A DNA stretch of 46,420 nt from an uncultured bacterium (GTDB taxonomy: Bacteria; Oederibacteriota; PGYV01; CAWJRG01): NCBI GenBank assembly GCA_963845185.1, contig CAWJRG010000008.1:1-46420 (forward strand), in the 5' to 3' direction. The position numbers and the translations under genes were made by a program. The notes below the pieces were generated by a model that saw nothing but the letters and a program-made list of their open reading frames with translations, was not told the origin of the DNA and ran no database searches. This document shows, piece after piece, positions 29,129 to 40,021 of the stretch; positions within the stretch are counted from its first letter, which is position 1, and each line of letters begins with the position of its first letter.

Positions 29129-29808
29129 GCAAAATGCCGTTTGACGAAGATGATTTACTGGCCCTGTCGGGGCTACAGCACTATTTTTACTGCAAACGGC
29201 AATGGGCGCTGATACACGTGGAGGAACAGTGGGTTGAAAACGCGCTGACTGCCGAGGGCAGGCTGCTGCATGACAGGGTTGACAACAGTAAAAACATTGA
29301 ATACAGGGAAGGCGCGATAATAGAGCGCTCTGTCGCGCTAAAGTCGGCGGAACTCGGCATATACGGCGTGGCTGATGTGGTCGAATTTTTCAGGAGCGAA
29401 GCAGGCGTGAAGCTGGCTAATGAAGAGGGCCTGTGGCAGCCGAGGCCCGTCGAATATAAACGCGGCAAGCCTAAAGCCGGGATATGCGACAGGGCGCAGC
29501 TTTGCGGACAGGCCATGTGCATAGAGGAGTTGTACGGAGTAAAGATAGAAAGCGGAGACCTGTTTTACTGGCAGACAAGGCACAGGGCGCCGGTCGTTTT
29601 TGACACGGATTTAAGGCAGGCAGTGCGCTGCGCGGCTGAGGATATGCATAATATGATTAAAAACGGCATTACGCCCGGGGTTCCGGACAACGTGAAATGC
29701 AAAAATTGTTCGCTGGTTTCCGTTTGTGTGCCGAAGGTTCAGAAAAAGAAACACGGCAGGGTTGATAAATATATAAATGAAAATATACACGGCGGTGATA
29801 ATGCGTAA
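29125..29808 (+). CDS. cas4: Cas4
   Basis: LQHYFYCKRQWALI, GVADVVEF, PVEYKRG and terminal C..CSL...C. Confidence 0.95.
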   Translation: MSKMPFDEDDLLALSGLQHYFYCKRQWALIHVEEQWVENALTAEGRLLHDRVDNSKNIEYREGAIIERSVALKSAELGIYGVADVVEFFRSEAGVKLANEEGLWQPRPVEYKRGKPKAGICDRAQLCGQAMCIEELYGVKIESGDLFYWQTRHRAPVVFDTDLRQAVRCAAEDMHNMIKNGITPGVPDNVKCKNCSLVSVCVPKVQKKKHGRVDKYINENIHGGDNA

Positions 29809-30832
29809 ACTATTGAATGTGCTGTATGTCACGACACCGGAGGCTTACCTGTCCCGGGACGGCGAGAATATCGTGATAAAAGTGGATGACGAGGAAAAAT
29901 TCCGTGTGCCGTGCCACAACCTGGAGGGAATAGTGTATTTCGGGCACAGGGGCGCGAGCCAGGCAGTGCTCGGCATGTGCGCGGAACGCGGGATTTGCTT
30001 CACGTTCCTGACGCCGCAGGGCAGGTTCCTGGCGCGGGTGGAGGGCCCGGTTTCGGGCAATGTGCTTCTGCGGAAAAAGCAGTACAAAATAAGCGATGAT
30101 AAAACAGAAAGCGCGAAAATAGCAAAACTGTTTGTAATGTCGAAGATTTCAAACGCGAGGGCTGTCTTATCGCGCGTAATACGCGACCATCCGGATAATA
30201 CTGACACGGCAAAAATCAAAAAAGCCATGGATGACATGTCGCTAATGATTTTTAAAGCCGAGAAAAACAACGACCTTGAGGAAATACGCGGGATAGAGGG
30301 AATGTCGGCGCACCTGTACTTTTCGGTTTTTAACGAGCTTATTGTGGCGCAGAAAGACGGGTTTTATTTTACCGAGCGCAGCCGCAGGCCGCCGAAGGAC
30401 AACATAAACGCCCTGCTTTCTTTTGTTTATACCCTGCTCGTGCATGAGTGCCGCTCTGCGCTCGAAACAGTGGGGCTTGACCCTGCTGTGGGATTTTTGC
30501 ACAGGGACAGGCCGGGCAGGCCGAGCCTCGCGCTGGATTTGATGGAGGAACTAAGGCCGTATATAGCGGACAGGGTGGCGCTGTCCCTGATAAACAGGCA
30601 GCAGGTTACGCCGGATTCTTTTACGGCAAGCGAGGCGGGAGGGATATACATGAAAGACGGGGCGAGAAAGACATTGCTTGAAACGTGGCAAAAAAGAAAA
30701 GCCGAGGAAATAACGCACCCATTTCTTGACGAAAAAATCGAAGTGGGATTGATTCCTTATTCGCAGGCTTTGCTGCTCGCGAGGTATATGCGGGGCGATA
30801 TTGAAAGTTATCCGCCGTTTTTTTGTGGATAG
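29801..30832 (+). CDS. cas1: Cas1 (I-C)
   Basis: MRKLLNVLYV, RGIEG, NALLSFVY and GFLHRDRPGRPSLALDLMEE motifs. Confidence 0.96.
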   Translation: MRKLLNVLYVTTPEAYLSRDGENIVIKVDDEEKFRVPCHNLEGIVYFGHRGASQAVLGMCAERGICFTFLTPQGRFLARVEGPVSGNVLLRKKQYKISDDKTESAKIAKLFVMSKISNARAVLSRVIRDHPDNTDTAKIKKAMDDMSLMIFKAEKNNDLEEIRGIEGMSAHLYFSVFNELIVAQKDGFYFTERSRRPPKDNINALLSFVYTLLVHECRSALETVGLDPAVGFLHRDRPGRPSLALDLMEELRPYIADRVALSLINRQQVTPDSFTASEAGGIYMKDGARKTLLETWQKRKAEEITHPFLDEKIEVGLIPYSQALLLARYMRGDIESYPPFFCG

Positions 30833-30837
30833 CACCG

Positions 30838-30875
30838 CTTGTCCCGAACAAGTTCGGGACTTGAGCGGGGACAAG
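30838..30875. repeat. REP-like nested palindrome between cas1 and cas2
   Basis: CTTGTCCCGAACAAGTTCGGGACTTGAGCGGGGACAAG; related copies in opposite orientation at 2859-2905 and, weaker, 9458-9496. Confidence 0.55.
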
Positions 30876-31007
30876 ACTCCGTAAGATTTTGCCGGGTAGT
30901 TTTTAACATGATAACTTATGGATGCTACCCGTTAAATAATCCACAGGATTATTTAACTGTATGTTGACGCTTGGCAAAAACAACGGACTCTAAGGAGGTC
31001 TTATAAT

Positions 31008-31298
31008 ATGATGGTGTTGATTACTTACGATGTCAATACGGAATCCGAAGGCGGGAGCAAGCGGCTGAGAAAGATAGCGAAGGAATGCAAAAATTACGGG
31101 CAGAGAGTACAAAACTCGGTGTTTGAATGCCTTATAGAACCCGACAGGTTTGTCAATTTGAGAAGCGCGCTTGAAAAAATAATGGATAAGGATAAGGACA
31201 GCATAAGGTATTATTTTCTCGGCAGGAACTGGCACAGGCGGGTCGAGCATACTGGCGCGAAAAAAACTTATGACCCGGAAGGGCCGATGGTGATTTAA
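31008..31298 (+). CDS. cas2: Cas2
   Basis: LITYDV..RLRKIAKECKNYGQRVQNSVFEC..DSIRYY. Confidence 0.96.
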   Translation: MMVLITYDVNTESEGGSKRLRKIAKECKNYGQRVQNSVFECLIEPDRFVNLRSALEKIMDKDKDSIRYYFLGRNWHRRVEHTGAKKTYDPEGPMVI

Positions 31299-31483
31299 TT
31301 TTTTTTAGTTGGGCAAATGCGAATGTATTGTTGTTGGCTTGTTGCTTATGGTTCGCAACCAATAGAATTAAATGGTTTTATGATTTTGTGAATTATTACG
31401 TTAAGTTATGAAATACGTTCGCATTGAGTTTCGCAAAAAGTGCTATTAATATAATAAATAAATAAGGAGGATAATTAGAAAGA
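31299..31483 (+). promoter_or_regulatory. CRISPR leader
   Basis: AT-rich stretch with TGCGAA / TTCGCA motifs typical of I-C leaders. Confidence 0.7.
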
Positions 31484-33010
<1,527 letters not shown>

Positions 33011-33066
33011 TAAAAATTGAAAGGCCGAAGTCGCCATTAATTATTAAGGTTGCTCCAGTATGTCTC

Positions 33067-33921
33067 TCACTTTTTTTTTGATGACGAAGGCATTGTAACA
33101 GAACGCTCTACGGCCTGTTTCAAGTCTTCGTCCTTTATATGTGAATATCTCATCGTGCTTTGTATATGCTTATGCCTGAGAGTTCTTTGTATTATCTCAA
33201 TATCGCTTCCTGATTGCCTGAGCCTGGCCGCGAAGGTATGACGCAGGGAATGAGGGGTTAAATCTTTCTGGATGCCGGCCAAGCGCAGGTATTTTTTTAT
33301 TAATTTTTGCACTGTGCGTTCAGTTAGCCGGCGTTTCCTGTTTGACTGAAAAATGAAGTCACTATGGCGCAGTTCTGCCCTGACAACAGATATATATTCA
33401 TCAAGCATTGGCTTGAACTTTTTACGCAGATAGACCTTTCCGGGGCCGGTTTTACTGTCCCGGATTATTATATGGTCGTCCTGGATATCCTTTAGCCTGA
33501 TATTTAAGACCTCGCTGATTCGCATACCGGTGTAAAGCATGGTCGCAAACAGGGTATAATCACGTAAAAAGAGGGGATTATCCTGCAGGACCTCAAAAAA
33601 GCGGTATTGCTCGGCTTTAGAGAGATATTCCGGCTCAGTTAGTGTAATGCCCTTAGATTTGATTTTAAACCGCTTGTTGACCTGTTTGCGCTCGTATAGG
33701 AACGTTAAAAACTTGTTTATCTCGGTTTTTTTAAGGTTCTGGGTCTGGTTGCGGCTATTAAAGCCTGAAAAGAACGTGTCAATGGATTCCTGGGTGATGG
33801 CGTGAAGGTTGTCTTTATGGAATTTAAGGAATTGTTTGACGCTAACGAGATAGTTTTTAATCGTGTTTGCACTTTTGCCCTCGGCCTGTAAAGATGTAGA
33901 GAAAGTTTTAATATAGTCCAT
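33067..33921 (-). CDS. XerC/D-like tyrosine recombinase
   Basis: KSANTIKNY, YTGMRISE, TPHSLRHTFA and LRHKHIQSTMRY (R-HxxR-H-Y). Confidence 0.93.
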   Translation of the reverse strand: MDYIKTFSTSLQAEGKSANTIKNYLVSVKQFLKFHKDNLHAITQESIDTFFSGFNSRNQTQNLKKTEINKFLTFLYERKQVNKRFKIKSKGITLTEPEYLSKAEQYRFFEVLQDNPLFLRDYTLFATMLYTGMRISEVLNIRLKDIQDDHIIIRDSKTGPGKVYLRKKFKPMLDEYISVVRAELRHSDFIFQSNRKRRLTERTVQKLIKKYLRLAGIQKDLTPHSLRHTFAARLRQSGSDIEIIQRTLRHKHIQSTMRYSHIKDEDLKQAVERSVTMPSSSKKK

Positions 33922-34307
33922 AATTAATTTTAACGCAGCTGTGGCCAGATTGTCAAGAGTTCGTATAAAGTTAAAAGGGAGTAAAATGTAAATTGCAGTG
34001 ATTGTGTAAATTTGCAGTGGTAATGCTATGTATTATTTAATTGACATATGTAAACTAAAATGAACATTGAAAAAGGAATAAGACTGATATAGAAATTTTG
34101 TTTAATGTTACATATAAAATTACCTTACAATATGTAATACTCCATAGTTTGTATGGTAACTATTCTTTGACTACAATTTGTAGTCGAGGCTTATCAGGGG
34201 TCTTTGTTTGTATAAAATTAACGGCAATTTAACGGCAATTTGTCGGAAATTTTGATTGACAAGTTTAAAGGGGTATATTAATATATTTAAAGGAGGTTTT
34301 GATATTT

Positions 34308-35411
34308 ATGACTATTAAATGGAATCCAAAATATAATATTACGACTAAAATGGCTCGTTGCCTCATGGATATTGAGGCTATCAAAAAGGTTATGGACAAT
34401 ATTTCTGTACCTCCGGCTGCTGCCGCAGAGTTAAAATATAATGCTATGATCAGGGCCACTCACTATTCAACCAGAATTGAAGGAAACAAACTTACCTTAA
34501 AGGAAACTGAGCAAGTAATTAAAAAAAATAAAATCGTTTTTTACGGCAGGGAAAGGGATGTTAAAGAAGTTCAAAATTACTGGAACGCATTGATTGCGGT
34601 TCAAAAATGGGCCGAAAGCAAAGCTGAATTTTCAGAAGATATTGTTAAAAAGACACACGGCATAGTTGTTAATGGTAAAAAAGGTGTATCAACGCCGTAT
34701 AGAGAAGGACAGAATGTTATTAAAGACTCTAAAACAGGATGGATAGTATATATGCCACCAGAAGCTAAAGATGTTTCTGCGCTTATGGAAGGCATGGAAA
34801 GGTGGGTTCGTAAGGCTGAAAAGGAAGGAATTCCAGCGCCAATTATTGCGGCCCTGGTACATTACCAATTTGTTACTATACATCCATATTATGACGGGAA
34901 TGGCAGGACAGCCAGGCTGTTGGCCACTTTTATCCTTCAAAAGAGCGGATATGGATTAAATGGATTTTTCTCTATGGAAGAATATCATGCTGCTAATCTT
35001 CCAAAATATTATAAAGCCCTCGTTGTGCATAAACATCATAATTATTATGAAGGCAGGGCAGATGCAGACCTAACATCATGGATAGAATATTTCATATTAT
35101 TACTTGCTGAAGTTTTTAGGAATGTCCAAAAAGAAACGCTTAATTTTATTAAAAAAGGGGTCAAGGCTGAACCAGAAGCCCTAAGAAAACTTGATATAAG
35201 GGGAAGAAATGTATTAGGATTGTTTTTAAAAAAAGATGCTATTACAACTGCCGATATTGCGGCTTTGCTTGGTTTATCGCAGCGAATGGCAAGAAATTTG
35301 GCTGAGAAATGGGTAAAGCAAGGAGTTTTGCTGGTTGCGGAAAAATCAAAAAAATCCCGGGCGTATAGATTAACGGCAATATATCGGCAATTTGTCGGAA
35401 ATAAGAATTAG
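34308..35411 (+). CDS. Fic-family protein with C-terminal wHTH
   Basis: STRIEGN and HPYYDGNGRTARL motifs; C-terminal ITTADIAALLGLSQRMAR. Confidence 0.92.
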   Translation: MTIKWNPKYNITTKMARCLMDIEAIKKVMDNISVPPAAAAELKYNAMIRATHYSTRIEGNKLTLKETEQVIKKNKIVFYGRERDVKEVQNYWNALIAVQKWAESKAEFSEDIVKKTHGIVVNGKKGVSTPYREGQNVIKDSKTGWIVYMPPEAKDVSALMEGMERWVRKAEKEGIPAPIIAALVHYQFVTIHPYYDGNGRTARLLATFILQKSGYGLNGFFSMEEYHAANLPKYYKALVVHKHHNYYEGRADADLTSWIEYFILLLAEVFRNVQKETLNFIKKGVKAEPEALRKLDIRGRNVLGLFLKKDAITTADIAALLGLSQRMARNLAEKWVKQGVLLVAEKSKKSRAYRLTAIYRQFVGNKN

Positions 35412-35419
35412 AGGTCTTT

Positions 35420-35490
35420 GTTCGTATAAAGTATTTTATACGAACTCTTGTTTTAAGTGGAATTTACGTACAATGTATATTATACGAATG
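35420..35490. other. dif/lox-like recombination sites
   Basis: GTTCGTATAA-AGTATT-TTATACGAAC (35420-35445) and TTACGTACAA-TGTATA-TTATACGAAT (~35464-35489). Confidence 0.65.
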
Positions 35491-35492
35491 TT

Positions 35493-36214
35493 TTATTCAA
35501 TAATTTGACTTGGTTTTGCGATTAGAAATGATTGTGGAATTTTATATGAATTGAGTGAATATGGTATATCTTTAGCATTATCACAAAAATAATTATGATA
35601 ATTAGCTACCCAAAAATATTTATTCCATATTTTAGGGTTAGATTCATACATAATCAATTTAAGTTGAGTAATGTCCCTGTGTCTTTCTATAAATTCAAAA
35701 TTTGTTTTTGATGACTCTTCAATAATAGTTAAATAATTTATAAAATATTTTTTATCTGTTCTTCTTCAATGCTTACGACATTTAATAAAACTTCACCTAA
35801 TATAGTTTGGTCACCAATATATAAATTACCAATATCAATTGCGCCCCTTACAAAAAGCCCCTCTGCCACAAGATTAAATTGTATTGCTGCAACAACATTA
35901 CTTATAGTTAAAAAAAACTCATCAGTAGGGTCTGCAAACTGAACAGGATAACCTATAATTATATTATCGCTAAATATTTTATATTTAAATTGCTTAATGA
36001 CCTCATCCTTACTAACTGATTTAAAATCATCAAGAAGTATACTACAATTATTCATTGCCTTAATTATTTTATTTAAAATAAGTTCTTCTTCACTATGCTT
36101 AATTGCGGTATTATATTCTTCTTTAAAACCTAAAATATCCATATAAATGCAATATGAACCTAAAAATGTAGGCTTGCCCTCTTTTTCATATGGATTATCA
36201 ATAATTTTTGTCAA
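35493..36214 (-). pseudogene. nucleotidyl-cyclase-like protein, frameshifted or internally deleted
   Basis: YMDILGFK, FSDNII and FVRGAIDIGNL in the first frame; the C-terminal part (YFINYL..KYFWVANYHNYFC) continues in another frame from ~35755 to a stop at 35493. Confidence 0.6.
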
Positions 36215-36633
36215 AAATGTAGCTCCTTATTTATTTTCCAAATATTTCTTCCTCGCCGGATGATTGATCTTCTTAAAGCCTTTTTTATCAGTTGACGGAT
36301 GCGCTCGCGGGATAAGCCGAGAGCTTGACCAATTTCTTCCATTGTGTGGGCTTTGCATCCTATACCGTAACGCATTTTCATTATATTTGCGTCTCTTTGA
36401 GATAAGTCTGGAAGAACTGCAAAAAGTCTAGCCCGGGTAGCTTCGTCCAATTCAACTTTTTGAGGCCCGTTAAGCCGTATTTTTGGCGGTGGACCGCCTA
36501 TTATACCTATTATTCCTCTGCAGTTGGGGTAATTGGTACATCCAAAAAAGTAACCGCCCTTGTTTATACCTCTTGTGGCCCGCTTCTTGATCATAGGCGA
36601 GCCGCATTTAGGACAAGGTTTGGGTGTAAACAT
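36211..36633 (-). CDS. topoisomerase-type C4 zinc ribbon fused to a sigma70 region-4 HTH
   Basis: CPKCGSPM..FFGCTNYPNC, then LSQRDANIMKMRYGI..TMEEIGQALGLSRERIRQL..KALRR. Confidence 0.8.
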   Translation of the reverse strand: MFTPKPCPKCGSPMIKKRATRGINKGGYFFGCTNYPNCRGIIGIIGGPPPKIRLNGPQKVELDEATRARLFAVLPDLSQRDANIMKMRYGIGCKAHTMEEIGQALGLSRERIRQLIKKALRRSIIRRGRNIWKINKELHF

Positions 36634-36642
36634 AAATATATA

Positions 36643-36843
36643 CTACTTTGCCGCAATAAGGATTATTGGGATTAAGAGCAACGCAAATAAGATTAAAGAC
36701 AATATCAAACATCCCATTGCTCTTCCGAGTTTCCTTTGGCGGCCGGAACGAGTTAATGGGATTCCTATACTGCGTGAAATTCGGGATTTCATAGCTGAAA
36801 TTCCGGTCAATCGCTTCCAGGAAAAACCGCCTAAGTTAAGCAT
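36643..36843 (-). CDS. small basic membrane-anchored protein
   Basis: GFSWKRLTGISAMKSRISRSIGIPLTRSGRQRKLG plus a C-terminal TM helix; AAGGAG RBS. Confidence 0.7.
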   Translation of the reverse strand: MLNLGGFSWKRLTGISAMKSRISRSIGIPLTRSGRQRKLGRAMGCLILSLILFALLLIPIILIAAK

Positions 36844-36921
36844 ATAATTACTCCTTATTAATTCATATCCTGTTTACTTACTTCTTCATTTTTACAATGC
36901 CTTGTAAGTCAAATTCAAGGC

Positions 36922-37653
36922 TTATCGAGACTCTTGTTTCTCTGGCTTTTCAAGTATTTCCTTTATTTTATTAGTAATGCTTATCTTTTGTTTCATTGGT
37001 TCTGCTTCTTTTAAAACAGCTAAACCAATATTTGCTCTCCTATCTATATCTTCATAAGTAGGTTGTACAATATCAATGAAAATGATTCCTACTGTCGGTT
37101 CAAGATGATTGTCAATAATAATCTGATAAATTTTAGTGTGTAACCCTTCTTTTGCTGTTTTAAATATATTCGTAGATTTCTTCTCTTTACTATCTATTTG
37201 TGTTATTACAATAAAGTATGCTCTAAAAAATCCGATTTTGCTTGCAGAACAAGCTTGCTTTATCCCGTATATAATACCCTGAAATTTATTGTAAATTTCA
37301 TAATCCTTTGAGTCAATTCTAACTTTTATTCTTTTAACTTCACATAAAACTATTTTTTCATACCATGAATCACACCAAAATATAATATCAAAATCCCCTG
37401 GTTTACTACTAAATGTATTTTTTACTTCAGTCTTATAGTTCGCATTTTCATTTGATGTTAGAGCATGAAGTAATAAATTTCTGACACCTAAATTTTTCAT
37501 AAGCCAATTTATTGTTTGACTCTCGCTCATATCAATTAGCAGATTTACATCTTTTTGTTCTTTATCCACGAAAAGTGGATAGTTAGCTGCCTTAATTGGA
37601 CCTTTTGATAATTCTATAGAATCATAAAGAACATACCGCCACTGTATATGCAT
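36922..37653 (-). CDS. PD-(D/E)XK nuclease-like protein
   Basis: PGDFDII..LCEVKR and GIKQA pattern. Confidence 0.55.
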   Translation of the reverse strand: MHIQWRYVLYDSIELSKGPIKAANYPLFVDKEQKDVNLLIDMSESQTINWLMKNLGVRNLLLHALTSNENANYKTEVKNTFSSKPGDFDIIFWCDSWYEKIVLCEVKRIKVRIDSKDYEIYNKFQGIIYGIKQACSASKIGFFRAYFIVITQIDSKEKKSTNIFKTAKEGLHTKIYQIIIDNHLEPTVGIIFIDIVQPTYEDIDRRANIGLAVLKEAEPMKQKISITNKIKEILEKPEKQESR

Positions 37654-37700
37654 TTAATATATGTCGTTGGCCATAACTTTTTCACCATCTTTATAAAAAT

Positions 37701-38009
37701 TTAGAAAACATTTCCCCGTCCTTCCTTAGTTAATCTAAAAGCACTACTGCTTAAAGTTGATTTTCCAATATCATGCATTATATAGCCCTTTCTAATAAGA
37801 TAATCAAAATCTTCAAGCAATTGGTCATATTCATCTTCAGTTAATTTTGGTGCTCTCTCAATTGTAGCACCGAGCTTTGTTTCGGTTTTACCTTTAAGAT
37901 TCACGGCTATTTGATTAACAAGGTCAATTCCACTAAAACTTTGTTTTCCATCCGTAATTAAATCCTGAATCGCAGATCGAATTTCTTCTCTTATACTGTC
38001 TCCTTTCAT
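37701..38009 (-). CDS. small winged-helix-like protein
   Basis: Likely start MKGDSIREE at 38009 after AAGGAGG; FDYLIRKGYI..FRLTKEG wing motif. Confidence 0.55.
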   Translation of the reverse strand: MKGDSIREEIRSAIQDLITDGKQSFSGIDLVNQIAVNLKGKTETKLGATIERAPKLTEDEYDQLLEDFDYLIRKGYIMHDIGKSTLSSSAFRLTKEGRGNVF

Positions 38010-38248
38010 TTCATTATCCTCCTTAATTAATTTTTTGTTTTCATTCTCCAACAGGGCGTTCAAAAAATCAAACCCAATTTCATTTTTCCAAACATTTCTT
38101 CCTAGCCGGATTTTGCTTTGGATTATGTAATCCCTCGACTCTGCGGAATGATAAAAAATACAGAGAACAGCAGGAGTACGGCTCCGAGCTTGCCTGCTTC
38201 GGCAAACGGTCTTAAAGAATGTTTGAACTGTCAAGTATTTTCTCTAAA

Positions 38249-39826
38249 TTACTTTCCTATTAGCATAAATGGAGCCCAATAAAAAGGCGCTTCATAACCC
38301 TTTGTGTTTTTCAATTCCTTATAAGCATTTTGCACAGCTGCAACTTTATTAAATCCTTTACGAAGATTCTTGTAAAATAGTAACATAAATTTTTCCGTCG
38401 AATCACTATATACTGACCATGCTGAAACTAATAAAGATGATGTGCCAGCATATTGAAATGCACGAGTTAAGCCAATAATTTCATCTCCAGGTTTCCAAAA
38501 ATTTAAACCTGTTTGACAGGCACTTAATACTACTAAGCTTGAATTAATTTTAAGATTAAAAATTTCTTTAGCTGTTAACATTCCATCATAAAGTTTAAGT
38601 CCCGATTGCAAAGGGTCTTGCCAGTTAAAAGCACCATGACAAGCAAAATGAATAATATCTTTATTGCTAATATTTTCAAGTACCGTTTGTTTAGTTGCGT
38701 CAGTAAAGTGTTGTTCGTCCGTAAATATGGTTGAAATTTTATGAGTTTCATTATCAAAACCATTACTAAAGCTTACTATACTATTTATGGATTGTTTTTT
38801 ATTAAGATATTTCATTATTGAAGCAGAAGACAAATATACTATCGGGTTAGAATCAATAATTTGTTTATCCTTAAGTGATAAAGCCTGAAGAGGAAAGTAA
38901 TGAATAACTCCAAAGGGTATAAAAAAAATAATATCATCAGATTTTAATAAATCAGCAATAGGCTCAATTAAATATCTGCCAAAGTCTAACCATTCTGTAT
39001 TATGCGTTTTTTTATCAACAATCTCTTTTTCTTCACCCTTTTCTAAGTCTTGAACATAGGAATTAATATATTCAAAATAATTTTTAGTATAATGTATTAT
39101 TTTCTCTTCATTAATAGATATATTTTTAACAGTAATTTTCTTTTCAACAGGTCTAATAAAAAAAATAATTATTTGATCACCTGTATAAAAATATTCTACA
39201 ATTACATTGTTTTGTGTTTGAAAATGCATGCAAATTTCTTCAAAAGAAAGAGTTTTACCCTTCCTTTGCGCAACATATTCCGCGTCATAAGATTCCATTT
39301 CCTTGTAAATATCCTCTAATTCTTTTAATATTTTATCAATCTCTTCTGATTTTTCATTATCTGTCTTATTCTTGATATAATTCGTTTGTGCTCTTCTTAT
39401 AATAGATAATAAGGAATTTTCTTTAGCTAGTAATTCTTGAAATCTTGAATTAGTTGAATTTTTTGGGCTAATATCCGAATTTGCCATTATTTCTAAAAAG
39501 GCTCTTGATTTACATTTCTCTAAATATTCATATGCTTCAATATTTTTATCTAATTTAAGACAAATTAAAATCATATAACTGTAAATTTCGACACTTTTTA
39601 TTGAAAAAAAACTTTTAAATTCTTCGTTAATCAAATTTATACTTGTTTTTTCAACAAGATTTACTGCTTCTTTGCAATAATTGTAAGCGATTTCAGGATG
39701 ATTTAAACGCTCAAAATATATTCTCGCCAATGAAATGTTGGCGGTTTTCTGTGAATCATAATTACTAATAGAATTCGCAACTTCTAATGCTTCCTTAAGG
39801 TACTTAACACCCTCTTCATTTCTATG
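38249..39826 (-). pseudogene. 3' half of the TPR-CHAT caspase-like protease gene, cut by the IS21 element
   Basis: Catalytic IIHFACHG and VVLSACQTG, plus APFYWAPF; the frame stays open up to the IS end with no start or RBS. Confidence 0.9.
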
Positions 39827-40021
39827 TGCAAAATTCGGAGCATGAGGACCAGGTATTTCGGAGCAAAAGGACCAGTCGTTTCGGCCGAAAAGGACCAGAC
39901 ATTTCGGTCCAAAAGGACCAACTTATCCACTTATTTCAGGATACTATAACGCAGCCTGAAATCCAAGCATAATCCTCAAAAACTGCCATACTGTGCCATT
40001 CTAAAATTAGGAGGCACACAG

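Noticed and set aside
38249..39826. TPR-CHAT as a Craspase (Csx29) partner of the CRISPR locus
   Set aside because: The CRISPR system is type I-C; no Cas7-11/Cas10 or recognisable csx30/csx31 is present, and the gene is over 5 kb away on the other strand.
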